A stretch of DNA of 64,000 bases from an uncultured cyanobacterium (lineage in GTDB: Bacteria > Cyanobacteriota > Cyanobacteriia > Cyanobacteriales > CAWCAG01), in NCBI GenBank assembly GCA_963803805.1, contig CAWDOD010000011.1, positions 480,001-544,000 on the forward strand. Reading direction: 5' to 3'. Below are positions 1-9,617 of this stretch, piece by piece (the first letter of the stretch is position 1; each line of letters opens with the position of its first letter). The notes beneath the pieces were generated by a model. That model worked only from the letters and a program-made list of their open reading frames with translations. It searched no databases and was not told the origin of the DNA. The position numbers and the translations under genes are program-made.

Positions 1-182
1 ATCGTATCTTCGTGATCTTCCAACGCCTCCATAGCCGTAGTAAATATCCTGGTACAGGTATTGGCTTAGCTATCTGTAAAAAAATTGTGGAGAGACATAA
101 AGGTAAAATTTGGTTAGATTCAAAACTAGGGGAAGGTAGTACTTTTTACTTCTCTTTTCCTTTTCTTAAGCAAGATATGTAA
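1..182 (+). CDS. C-terminal end of a sensor histidine kinase (HATPase_c), Cph1/phytochrome-like; 5' partial
   Basis: The frame from nt 3 reads [53 protein letters not shown]...DM*. FQRLH plus GTGIGL is typical of Cph1-type kinases, and an Rcp1-like gene follows directly. The sensor domain lies outside the window. Confidence 0.85.
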   Translation, partial: RIFVIFQRLHSRSKYPGTGIGLAICKKIVERHKGKIWLDSKLGEGSTFYFSFPFLKQDM

Positions 183-186
183 TTAA

Positions 187-639
187 ATGAACCAAAATAC
201 CTCAATGCACAAGAAATCCTGGGAAATTCTTTTAGTAGAAGACTCTCCTACTGATGCTGACTTGACAGCAGAAGCTTTTAGTGAAAGCGATCTTGTTAAT
301 AAACTTCATATAGTAGAGGATGGAGTCGAAGCCTTAAAATTTCTACGCCGTCAGGGACAATACAGTAATGAGGTACATCCAGACGTTATCCTACTAGACT
401 TAAACCTACCTAAAAAAAATGGCCACGAAGTACTCGCAGAAATTAAAGAAGATTCTGAACTAAGGTCAATTCCAGTAGTAGTCCTGACTACCTCTGCGGC
501 TGAAGAAGATGTTCTTAAAAGCTATCAACTTCATGGCAACTGCTATATTACCAAACCCGTTGAACTAGATCGTTTTATTGAGGTGGTGAGTTCAATCGAG
601 GATTTTTGGTTATCTACAGTGAAATTACCGTCCCAGTAA
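187..639 (+). CDS. rcp1: Single-domain response regulator, Rcp1 type
   Basis: ILLVEDS...[14 protein letters not shown]...[23 protein letters not shown]...FWLSTVKLP, the Rcp1 subfamily pattern. Lies 4 nt after the kinase. Confidence 0.85.
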   Translation: MNQNTSMHKKSWEILLVEDSPTDADLTAEAFSESDLVNKLHIVEDGVEALKFLRRQGQYSNEVHPDVILLDLNLPKKNGHEVLAEIKEDSELRSIPVVVLTTSAAEEDVLKSYQLHGNCYITKPVELDRFIEVVSSIEDFWLSTVKLPSQ

Positions 640-646
640 AAATTAT

Positions 647-3163
647 ATGATCGCAGAAGTTCTCAAAATCCTGCTCGTAGAAGATAATTTTGTTGACGCG
701 GATCTCCTCCAAGAAAATCTGGAGGAAGCAGATAACGTTCAATGGGAATTGGTTCATGTTGAAACCCTTAGAGAAGGACTACAAAAGCTAACGAAAGAAG
801 AGTTTAGTATTGTTTTATTAGACTTATCTCTCCCCGATGAACAGGGACTGGCAACAGTGAGGCGTACCCATGCCGCAGTACCAGAAACCCCCATAGTTGT
901 CTTAACGGGTCTTAATGATGAAGAAGCGGCCTTAGAAGCAGTTAGGGAAGGGGCCCAGGATTATTTGATTAAAGGGGAATTTCATGGCAGCTTATTAATG
1001 AGGGCCCTGCGTTATGCCATTGAACGGGGACAAATGCTTCAGTGTTTACGACGTAGCGAAGAAAGATATGCTCTAGCAGTGCGTGGCGCGAAGGACGGAC
1101 TTTGGGATTGGGATATTTTAACTAACCAAATCTACTTTTCCCCCCGTTGGAAGAGGATGCTGGGGTGTAGTGAAGAAGAATTGTGGCAAGAGCCAGAAGA
1201 ATGGTTTAATCGCGTCCATCCCCAAGACTTAGCTGAGTTACAAACAGCCATTGTTAGTCATTTAAGGGGAGATACTTCTCACTTAGAAAATGAGCATCGT
1301 ATTCTACATCAAGATCAAAGCTATCGTTGGATGCTCTGTCGAGGACAGGCAATTTGGGATACCCAAGGAAAAGCTTATCGCCTCGCTGGTTCCCAAACTG
1401 ATATCACCGAACGCAAAGCCTTAGAACAGGCTATTTTCCAAGAAAAAGAACTTGCTCAAGTTACCTTAACTTCTATTGGGGATGCTGTTATCACCACAGA
1501 TGTAGCGGGAAGAATTGAATCTTTTAATCCAGCAGCACAAAAGCTTACAGGTTGGTCTTTCCCAGAGGTTAAAGGCAAGCTGATGGGGGAAGTATGCCAT
1601 ATTTTCGACGAAATCACTCGCCAACCCGCAGCTAACCCTGCTGAAATTGCCATCAAAGAAGGAAGAGTAGTTAATTCTTCCCATCACCTAATTTTAGTTT
1701 CTCGCCAAGGACAGGAATTTGCTATAGATGATTCTAGCGCACCGATTCGGGCTAGGGATGGGGAAATTGTTGGTGCAGTAGTGGTATTCATAGATATCAC
1801 AGAAGAGCGTAATATGGCAAAAAAAATGTCTTGGCAAGCTAACCATGATCCTTTAACTGGTTTGGTTAATCGCCGAGAATTTGGTCGCCGAGTTGAGACT
1901 GCCCTACAAGATGCTAAAAGCAAAAGTTATCAACACGCCCTTTGTTATTTAGATTTAGATCGCTTTAAAATTGTTAATGATACCTGTGGTCATGCGGCTG
2001 GGGATGAACTGTTGCGACAAATTACTGTGTTGTTGCAAAGCAAGGTGCGTAAAAGCGATACTCTGGCGCGATTGGGAGGGGACGAATTTGGGGTCTTGTT
2101 ATACCAATGTCCCATTGAAAAAGCTTTAGAATTAGCTAATACTTTACGCTCAGCTATTTATGAATTTCGCTTTGCTTGGCAAGATAAGCTATTTGCTGTG
2201 GGAGTTAGTATTGGGTTGGTAGCTATTCATTCGGAGACAAAAAGTTTAGATAGCGTTTTACAAGCAGCAGATACAGCCTGTTATACAGCCAAGAATCATG
2301 GACGTAATCGTGTTAGCTTAGCCCCGGTAAAGGAAGAAGCCGGGGAACCAAGATTTGCAGAGATACAGTGGTTATCTCGCCTTACTGAAGCTTTAGAAAG
2401 AAATCATTTTTGCTTATATTACCAACCTATTGCTCCTTTAAATACTAACTCTAAAAAAGAGAAACATTATGAGTTGTTTTTGCGTTTAGTTGAAGGAGAA
2501 AGACTTATTCCACCAATGGCTTTTATCCCCGCAGCAGAACGCTATAATTTGATGTCTGCTATTGATCGCTGGGTTGTCCATCGCATCTTTAGCCATTTAA
2601 CAGCAACCCCCTATTTGACCGAAAACCAAGCTTGGTTAGGCAAAAAAGAGGTTTTTTATAATGGTAGTTTGCCTACTTCTAATCAAGAAGAAGTTATTTA
2701 TACAATTAATATCTCTAATGCTAGTATCAACGATGAAGGATTTAGGGATTTTTTACATGAGCAATTTACTTTATATAAAGTTTCTCCCCGTTGTATTTGT
2801 TTTGAGATAACCGAAACCATCGCCATTACTAATTTTAGTAAAACAGCAGAGTTGATGCGCGAGTTTAAATCTTTAGGTTGTCGCTTCTCTTTAGATAATT
2901 TTGGTAGCGGCTTTTCTTCTTTAGCTTACTTAAAAAACTTGCCTCTAGATTATCTCAAAATTGATGGTAACTTTATTAAAAATGCTAACAATCCCATAGA
3001 TTTATCAATCATTCACGCTATTAATAGTATTGGTAAAGCTATGGGAGTAGAGACTATTGCTGAGTTCGTTGAGAATGAAGAAACCTTAACTCATATTAAA
3101 TCTTTAGGTCTAAGTTATGCCCAAGGGTTTGCGATCGCAGAACCTTGTTTGTTTTTGAATTGA
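647..3163 (+). CDS. REC-PAS-PAS-GGDEF-EAL c-di-GMP enzyme
   Basis: N-terminal REC, PAS/PAC (GLWDWD...YFSPRW), intact ARLGGDEF. The EAL domain has variant motifs (YELFLRL, SLDNFGSG). Confidence 0.9.
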   Translation: MIAEVLKILLVEDNFVDADLLQENLEEADNVQWELVHVETLREGLQKLTKEEFSIVLLDLSLPDEQGLATVRRTHAAVPETPIVVLTGLNDEEAALEAVREGAQDYLIKGEFHGSLLMRALRYAIERGQMLQCLRRSEERYALAVRGAKDGLWDWDILTNQIYFSPRWKRMLGCSEEELWQEPEEWFNRVHPQDLAELQTAIVSHLRGDTSHLENEHRILHQDQSYRWMLCRGQAIWDTQGKAYRLAGSQTDITERKALEQAIFQEKELAQVTLTSIGDAVITTDVAGRIESFNPAAQKLTGWSFPEVKGKLMGEVCHIFDEITRQPAANPAEIAIKEGRVVNSSHHLILVSRQGQEFAIDDSSAPIRARDGEIVGAVVVFIDITEERNMAKKMSWQANHDPLTGLVNRREFGRRVETALQDAKSKSYQHALCYLDLDRFKIVNDTCGHAAGDELLRQITVLLQSKVRKSDTLARLGGDEFGVLLYQCPIEKALELANTLRSAIYEFRFAWQDKLFAVGVSIGLVAIHSETKSLDSVLQAADTACYTAKNHGRNRVSLAPVKEEAGEPRFAEIQWLSRLTEALERNHFCLYYQPIAPLNTNSKKEKHYELFLRLVEGERLIPPMAFIPAAERYNLMSAIDRWVVHRIFSHLTATPYLTENQAWLGKKEVFYNGSLPTSNQEEVIYTINISNASINDEGFRDFLHEQFTLYKVSPRCICFEITETIAITNFSKTAELMREFKSLGCRFSLDNFGSGFSSLAYLKNLPLDYLKIDGNFIKNANNPIDLSIIHAINSIGKAMGVETIAEFVENEETLTHIKSLGLSYAQGFAIAEPCLFLN

Positions 3164-3233
3164 AGAAAGCGATAAGTTAAGTAATAAGTAATAAGTTGAG
3201 GATATACTGTTCCCCCTTCCATAAAGTTATTAA

Positions 3234-3267
3234 CAACTAGCAACTAGCCATTAGCCATTAGCCATTA
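3234..3267. repeat. Heptamer tandem array (CAACTAG)2(CCATTAG)2CCATTA, STRR-like
   Basis: Read directly from the sequence. The first 28 bp are identical to 59449-59476. Confidence 0.85.
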
Positions 3268-5183
3268 AAAATCTCTACAGGTTCAATTTCTTCTGCTGGT
3301 TTGAAACCAAAAACTTGGGAATAGAAATAAAATTCTCCATCTAGGGCGCGTTTAATATTTTCAGCCTTTCGGAAACCGTGTTGTTCCCCAGAAAAAGTTA
3401 TATAAGCAACAGGTATACCTTTACTTTTAATTGCTTCTACCATCTTTTGGGCTTGGTTAGGAGGGGTTATTTCATCTTCTAGACCTTGGAAAAATATTAC
3501 AGGACAGGACAGTTTTTCTGTAAAATGAAGCGGCGATCGCGCCATATATAAGTCCTTTTCTTGAGGATATTTCCCCACTAACCTATCTAAATATCGCGAT
3601 TCAAATTTATGGGTTTCTTTGGCTAGAACTTCTAAATCACTGACCCCATAATAACTAGCCCCTGCTTTAAAAACATTCAAAAAAGTCAAAGCACATAAAG
3701 TAGTATAACCCCCGGCACTGCCTCCAGAAATTGCTAATCTTTCCCCATCAACTTTACCCTGTGTTATCAAATACTTGGCAGCATTAGCACAGTCGTTAAC
3801 ATCAACTATACCCCACTGTCCATCTAGCCTCTGGCGATACTCCTTACCATAACCACTACTACCACCATAATTAACATCCACTACCCCAAAACCCCGACTC
3901 GTCCAGTATTGCGTCTTTAGGCTTAAGGTAGGAGAAGCTGCGGCTGTGGGGCCACCATGACTTTTTACTAACAAGGGGGGAACTTCCCCTGGGGGTGGGG
4001 TGTAATCTTGATTTTGGGGAGGATAGTACCAAGCATAGGCAGTTAAGTTGTTTTCTGTAGGGAAAGCTATTTCTTGGGGAAGAGAAAGATAACCAGAATC
4101 TATAGCTAAATCACTACTGGTTTTAATTACCGCAATCTCTCCTGCTTGCCATTGCAATACAGCCGCAGATTCCGTTGGTGATCCTCCTAAAAAGAAAAGT
4201 TTGTGGGGAGTTACTTGGAGATAATCAATACTCGTATAAGGAGTATTGATAACTTGCCCTGATTTTGTATTAAGATCCAAACTTGCTAAATAACTTCTGC
4301 CACCTTGAAAATAGGTGCAAACCAATTTATCTGGGGAGGAGAAGCCATACATAGACAAACCAAAAACCCAATGAGGATAGCCAAACTCTGCCTCCATCTC
4401 CCACAATGTCTCAACTTCCCCATTACCGTTGTAGCGATATAAATTCCACCAACCTGTGGAATCGCTGGCAAAATACAATTTACCATCAGGACTCCACCGA
4501 GGTTCAAAAATAGCTTCTTCTTCTCCTCCAGCAAGACATTGCACATTATCCAAACAACCGTCTTCTTGAATCTCCCCTACCCACAACTGTGTCGCATCCC
4601 AAGGTAAATTAGGATGTTGCCAATCTAACCAAACTAACTTAGAACCATCGGGGCTAAGGCGAGGGGAAGCATAGAAGTCACTACCAGAAATCAAGGTTTG
4701 TACTTCTCCCGACTCAATATCAACACTAACTAAACTATTAACAGGTTCAGATTCTCCCTCCAGACGTTCCTCACAAACACAAATCAAGCGATTATGCGAC
4801 CTATCCAAAACGGCATCAGCGTAGCGTCGTGGGGACTCTGAGGTTAAGGGTTGAGGTTCAGCACCAATTTTTTGTTTGTAAAGCCGTTGATCAACAAAAT
4901 TACTAAAATAAACTGTCCCCTCAGTCACAAAAAATGCACCGCCACCATATTCATGGACACGGGTACGGACATTGTAGGGTGCAGGGGTAATATCAGCGAC
5001 CTTTCCCTCTTTATCTCTTTGTACCAAGACATTGCGCCCCCCTTCACCAGGTCTTCCTTCCAACCAATAAAGATTGTCGCCATCAACAGCAATGCTGCCT
5101 AACCTAATACTTCCCGCAACAATTAAATCCGAGGTAATCGGAGATTTCCAAGAACCAAAAGGAACAGTTTTTTTATTAATCAT
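3258..5183 (-). CDS. S9 family (prolyl oligopeptidase/acylaminoacyl) peptidase
   Basis: PFGSWKSPI N-terminus, HGGP, nucleophile GGSAGG, QGLED, EQHGF. Confidence 0.92.
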   Translation of the reverse strand: MINKKTVPFGSWKSPITSDLIVAGSIRLGSIAVDGDNLYWLEGRPGEGGRNVLVQRDKEGKVADITPAPYNVRTRVHEYGGGAFFVTEGTVYFSNFVDQRLYKQKIGAEPQPLTSESPRRYADAVLDRSHNRLICVCEERLEGESEPVNSLVSVDIESGEVQTLISGSDFYASPRLSPDGSKLVWLDWQHPNLPWDATQLWVGEIQEDGCLDNVQCLAGGEEEAIFEPRWSPDGKLYFASDSTGWWNLYRYNGNGEVETLWEMEAEFGYPHWVFGLSMYGFSSPDKLVCTYFQGGRSYLASLDLNTKSGQVINTPYTSIDYLQVTPHKLFFLGGSPTESAAVLQWQAGEIAVIKTSSDLAIDSGYLSLPQEIAFPTENNLTAYAWYYPPQNQDYTPPPGEVPPLLVKSHGGPTAAASPTLSLKTQYWTSRGFGVVDVNYGGSSGYGKEYRQRLDGQWGIVDVNDCANAAKYLITQGKVDGERLAISGGSAGGYTTLCALTFLNVFKAGASYYGVSDLEVLAKETHKFESRYLDRLVGKYPQEKDLYMARSPLHFTEKLSCPVIFFQGLEDEITPPNQAQKMVEAIKSKGIPVAYITFSGEQHGFRKAENIKRALDGEFYFYSQVFGFKPAEEIEPVEIFNG

Positions 5184-5274
5184 TTATTATTAAACATTTG
5201 TCATTTTCTCATAGTCAGGCTTTAGTATACTCATAATCATTGCCTTGTGATACTTTCGGTCGCAAAAGACCTAC

Positions 5275-5577
5275 TTACTCATTTTTGGATTGTTGCCAAT
5301 GCTCCATCTCTTCATTAATAAAGTGATTAACTAAATCCTGGTAAATCTTTTCAATTACATCAGCATTTAATCCTTCCTCCTCTGCCCAAACTCGACGTTG
5401 CTTTAACATCATTGGCAAGCGTTCAGGCGCTCTGACAGTTGTTTCACTTATCTTAAACTTAGTAGCCGCTTTAACGTAGGTGAAACGCTGCCCAAATAGC
5501 GCAATAACTTGACGATCTAAGCGATCTATTTCCCCTCGAATATCTGCAATGTTTTTACATTGATCGGGTGTCTTCAT
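5275..5577 (-). CDS. Isochorismate-pyruvate lyase / AroQ chorismate mutase (PchB-like)
   Basis: MKTPDQC..IADIRGEIDRLDRQVI...RFTYVKAATKFK.....VRAPER closely follows the PchB pattern. Confidence 0.85.
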   Translation of the reverse strand: MKTPDQCKNIADIRGEIDRLDRQVIALFGQRFTYVKAATKFKISETTVRAPERLPMMLKQRRVWAEEEGLNADVIEKIYQDLVNHFINEEMEHWQQSKNE

Positions 5578-5682
5578 AGGCTTACATTATCCCCTTAAAA
5601 AAATGATCAATATGGGTATCAAGCACAATCATAGTCCCATTTTCTAGTCGTCCTGGGCTACTGGTTCAGTTGATCGCAACTT

Positions 5683-6141
5683 TTAACTTTCACTAATAAC
5701 TGACAACTGGTCATTTAAAATTGACTCAGGAACCCTACCAACGAGAGTTCTATTTACCTTTTTCTGGGAGTCAATAAAAGTAAATTGAGGTACGCCCGTA
5801 ACACGATATTCTTTAATTAAACCTTGCCATTGGGGTTCATCAATATTAATGGTGACAAAATCAATCTTCTCTCCGTAGCGATGGTAAAAATCGCTGATTA
5901 AAGGAGCCATGGCTTGGCAAGTCGTACACCAATCTGCATAAAACTCCAATAGCATGGGTTTATCATTGGGCAATGCTTCTTCATAAGGAACAGAATTTTG
6001 GGCCATCCTCTTCATGGCTGCCAAACCTGTAACTGAAGAATTACTTTGCATAGCCGCCATATCTGCTTGGTTAGCAAAAAAAGCCCCCACCAGAAATAAA
6101 GCGATAATTATGGCAATTATTAAAGAGCGAAGTTTAGTCAT
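5683..6141 (-). CDS. Membrane-anchored thioredoxin-like protein (TxlA/HCF164-like)
   Basis: N-terminal hydrophobic anchor, EFYADWCTTC, GVPQF. Confidence 0.8.
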   Translation of the reverse strand: MTKLRSLIIAIIIALFLVGAFFANQADMAAMQSNSSVTGLAAMKRMAQNSVPYEEALPNDKPMLLEFYADWCTTCQAMAPLISDFYHRYGEKIDFVTINIDEPQWQGLIKEYRVTGVPQFTFIDSQKKVNRTLVGRVPESILNDQLSVISES

Positions 6142-6277
6142 TGGTTAATAAATTAGGAAATTGTTTGTTAGTCGGTGTAGATAACTATTATTCAAGATAC
6201 AAATTGTGCTACACAATTTCCACGGTAACTGTTTAACTGATAATTCTGCCGCTATTTTCTGGAGTAAATCTTAACTT

Positions 6278-7063
6278 ATGAATCTTCGCCAATTAATACT
6301 CTTCCTAGGAATCATGCTTGGCGGGTTTGCACCTATCATTCCTACAGCCGCTAGCACATCTTTGCCTAATTTGTCTCAAACTACACCCCCATGGGAGATT
6401 AGTCTCAAATTTCCCTCTGGGGATGAGAGGCGAGGTGGCCCAAGTCGGACAGCAGGGGCAGGAAGACGCTCTGTCCCTTCTGCTGAGGAGCTTTGTGTTG
6501 ACACAAGTAAGCCACGTCTTACGGTATTAATGCCAAAAAATAATATTGGTACAACTATTGCTCCTAATCCCAACATGGTCTGGTTTGTACCGAAAAGCAC
6601 AGCGACTGAAGCAGAGTTTGTTATTGTCAATCAGGATTTACGTCAAGAAGTTTACTTTGCAAGTTTTAAGATTCCTGAAGGGGAGAATATTGTCAAACTT
6701 GAACTTCCTGAAGAGTTGGAGTTAGAAAAAGGAACCAACTATTCTTGGTCTTTAGCCCTAGTCTGTGATTTCCAAGATAGGAGTAAAGATGAAGTAGTTA
6801 GAGGATTATTGGAACGTCAAGAATTAGAGAAGTCTTTAGAAGTTCAACTTGAAGAGCAAGCAGAAGAGCCTTTCAAGAAGGTAGAAACCTATGCCAAGGC
6901 TAAAGCCTGGAACGAAACTTTATTAAGTATTTTATCTCTTCGGGAAAAATACCCCCAAGAATGGCGAGATTTTCTTGCTTCTGTGGAATTGGCCGATTTA
7001 GCAGATTTTCCTGTAGTAGAAATTGAAGAAGTTGTCGAAGAGATTATAGGGACAGATAATTAA
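6278..7063 (+). CDS. DUF928-domain secreted protein
   Basis: Signal peptide, P..T.GAGRR...C motif, G.T....P....FVP, Y.W..ALVC. Sits upstream of a CHASE2 gene, which is a common pairing. Confidence 0.8.
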   Translation: MNLRQLILFLGIMLGGFAPIIPTAASTSLPNLSQTTPPWEISLKFPSGDERRGGPSRTAGAGRRSVPSAEELCVDTSKPRLTVLMPKNNIGTTIAPNPNMVWFVPKSTATEAEFVIVNQDLRQEVYFASFKIPEGENIVKLELPEELELEKGTNYSWSLALVCDFQDRSKDEVVRGLLERQELEKSLEVQLEEQAEEPFKKVETYAKAKAWNETLLSILSLREKYPQEWRDFLASVELADLADFPVVEIEEVVEEIIGTDN

Positions 7064-7116
7064 AATGGTGGGATGATGGAAAAAATATGAGCGATTAGCA
7101 ATTAGCAATCAACATA

Positions 7117-9369
7117 ATGACAACATGGACTAGCCTCAAAAAGCTATTTTGGCGAGGACGAGGAGTGTGGATTGTTGCTCCTTCTGTGGCCCTTTTAGTC
7201 ATTTTTATACGTTACATGGGCTTGTTACAAGGGTTAGAGTGGGCATTTTTTGATTTGTATATGCGTCTGCGCCCCCCAGAAACAAGAGATGAGCGCATTG
7301 CTATTGTGGGCATTGATGAAGCTGACATTCAAGAATTTAATAAAGCAATCCTTCCTGATCATATTTATGCCGAACTGCTACAGAAATTGCAAGCAATGCA
7401 GCCTAAAGCTATTGGGTTAGATATTTATCGAGATGTTCCTGTTGACGAAGGCAAAGAAGAATTGGCTAAGGTTTTTGCTGATTTTGACAATATTATTGGC
7501 ATAGAAAAAGTTATTGGAGATCAAGAAACTGAAGTAGTTGCCCCGCCACCGATTTTAAAAAAGAAGGGGCAAGTGGGGGCTAACGATTTAATTTTAGATA
7601 GCGATGGGCGAGTGCGACGCACCCTTGTTTATCTTAGTGATCGCGAAGGTAATTCAATTCCTAGTTTTGGCTTTTATTTAGCAGCCCTCTACCTTGATAA
7701 AAAAGGAATTCCCCTAGAAGTTGTAGAAACCCCAGAAGGTGACTTATGGAAATTAAAAGAAAGAGTTTTACTTCCCTTCACTAGTAACTATGGTGGTTAC
7801 GTTAGAGCCGATGATGGGGGATATCAGGTGATGTTGAACTATCGCGGTGGTAATAAGTCTTTTGAGATGGTTTCTCTTCGGGATGTCTTAGCTGATAAAC
7901 TTCCTCCTGATTGGGGGCGCGATCGCCTCATTTTAATTGGTGCAGTGGGAGAAAGTTCTAGGGATGCTTTTTTTACTCCCTATAGTAGTGGTTTACTGGA
8001 TTTCCCTGAGTCTATGGCGGGGGTAGAAATCCATGCTCATTTGGCTAGTCAAATTATTAGTAGCGTTATTGAGGATCGCCCTTTAATTAACACTTGGACA
8101 GAGCCGTTAGAGTTTTTCTGGATTGCGCTTTGGGCTTTGGTTGGGGCTTATTTAACTTGGAAATTGCGTTCTGTAGGTAAGATTGTTTTTTTATCTTTAA
8201 GTACTCATGTGGTTGCTGCGATAATTTTGGTGGGCAGTAGCTATGGCGCTTTTTTATTGGGTTGGTGGATTCCAGTTATACCACCAATAGTAGCTTTGCT
8301 TGGCTCGGCCGCAGTTATTACAAGTTATATTGCCTATACTGCTGGGTCAATTCGTCAAACCTTTGGACGCTATCTTAACAAGGAAGTGGTTGCTAGCTTG
8401 CTTGAAAGTCCTGAAGGCTTGAAAATGGGGGGACAGAGGCGCAAGGTTACTATTTTAGTTTCGGATTTGCGAGGATTTACTTCCACTTCAGAAAGATTAC
8501 CTCCAGAAGAAGTTGTGAAGATCCTGAACTTCTATCTTGGTGCGATGGCAGATGTTATTACTAAATATCAAGGTACTATTGATGAGTTTATGGGGGATGG
8601 TATTTTAGTTCTGTTTGGCGCACCAACAGCGAGGGAAGATGATGCTACCAAGGCGATCGCCTGTGCTGTTGATATGCAGTTAGGGATGACTTCTATTAAT
8701 GCTCAAATGCAGAAGTGGGGTTTGCGCCCTTTGGAAATGGGTATTGGCATTAATACTGGGGAGGTGGTGGTTGGTAATATTGGCTCAGAAAAACGGACTA
8801 AATATGGGGTGGTGGGAAACCAAGTTAATTTAGCCTATCGCATTGAATCCTATACTATCGGTGGACAAATTCTCGTTTCACAATCAACTTTAAATGAAGC
8901 TAGTACCACAGATATAAATATTCATCAGCAAAAACAAGTTCAACCAAAAGGAGTGAAACAGCCCATTAATATTTATGAGGTAGTGGGCATAGGTCAACCT
9001 TACAATCTTTTGTTGGCTCAACAAAAGGAAACCTTTTTTCAGATCCCCGACTTTTTGCCAATTGAGTATACAGTTTTGGAGGGCAAACATCTAGGAGAAA
9101 ATGTTTTTCAGGGTCAGGTGATAGAGTTATCTTCAAAAAGTGCCAAGGTTATTTCTCAAAGCAATCAAAAAGAACATATTCCTCCTATGCTGACTAATAT
9201 AAAACTAAACTTGCTTAATGTTAGTATTGATGAAGAAGGGGAAGATATTTACGCTAAAGTTTTAGACCAAACTAGTTCATTAGGTAGTTTTTATATTACT
9301 TTTACCTCTGTGCCACCGGAAGCTGCAAGCAAATTAAATGATATTTATAAATCTATTGAATACAGGTAA
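7117..9369 (+). CDS. CHASE2-domain class III adenylate cyclase with a C-terminal PilZ-like extension
   Basis: CHASE2 (IAIVGIDE, GLDIYRD, GVEIHAH), 3 TM, cyclase motifs SDLRGFT, FMGDGI, GNIGSEKRTKYGVVGNQVNLAYRIES. Confidence 0.9.
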   Translation: MTTWTSLKKLFWRGRGVWIVAPSVALLVIFIRYMGLLQGLEWAFFDLYMRLRPPETRDERIAIVGIDEADIQEFNKAILPDHIYAELLQKLQAMQPKAIGLDIYRDVPVDEGKEELAKVFADFDNIIGIEKVIGDQETEVVAPPPILKKKGQVGANDLILDSDGRVRRTLVYLSDREGNSIPSFGFYLAALYLDKKGIPLEVVETPEGDLWKLKERVLLPFTSNYGGYVRADDGGYQVMLNYRGGNKSFEMVSLRDVLADKLPPDWGRDRLILIGAVGESSRDAFFTPYSSGLLDFPESMAGVEIHAHLASQIISSVIEDRPLINTWTEPLEFFWIALWALVGAYLTWKLRSVGKIVFLSLSTHVVAAIILVGSSYGAFLLGWWIPVIPPIVALLGSAAVITSYIAYTAGSIRQTFGRYLNKEVVASLLESPEGLKMGGQRRKVTILVSDLRGFTSTSERLPPEEVVKILNFYLGAMADVITKYQGTIDEFMGDGILVLFGAPTAREDDATKAIACAVDMQLGMTSINAQMQKWGLRPLEMGIGINTGEVVVGNIGSEKRTKYGVVGNQVNLAYRIESYTIGGQILVSQSTLNEASTTDINIHQQKQVQPKGVKQPINIYEVVGIGQPYNLLLAQQKETFFQIPDFLPIEYTVLEGKHLGENVFQGQVIELSSKSAKVISQSNQKEHIPPMLTNIKLNLLNVSIDEEGEDIYAKVLDQTSSLGSFYITFTSVPPEAASKLNDIYKSIEYR

Positions 9370-9617
9370 GGTTTTAGGTATTGATTTTGTCTGAAAATAA
9401 TCATAGATAATTTAATTTTCTTAAGATTATTTAAGGCTTGTTTTATGGTATTATTTTAATCGTGAACAGTTATTTTCATGATGGAAGTGGTGAAAGGATA
9501 ATTTGAGAGTCAATATTCCCATTATGATAAATTGATTATACAATAAAATTATCCGCAAAAGTCAAACAATAACAAATTTGCAGCCAATTTTATTTAGTTT
9601 ATTTTACAAACTATCTG

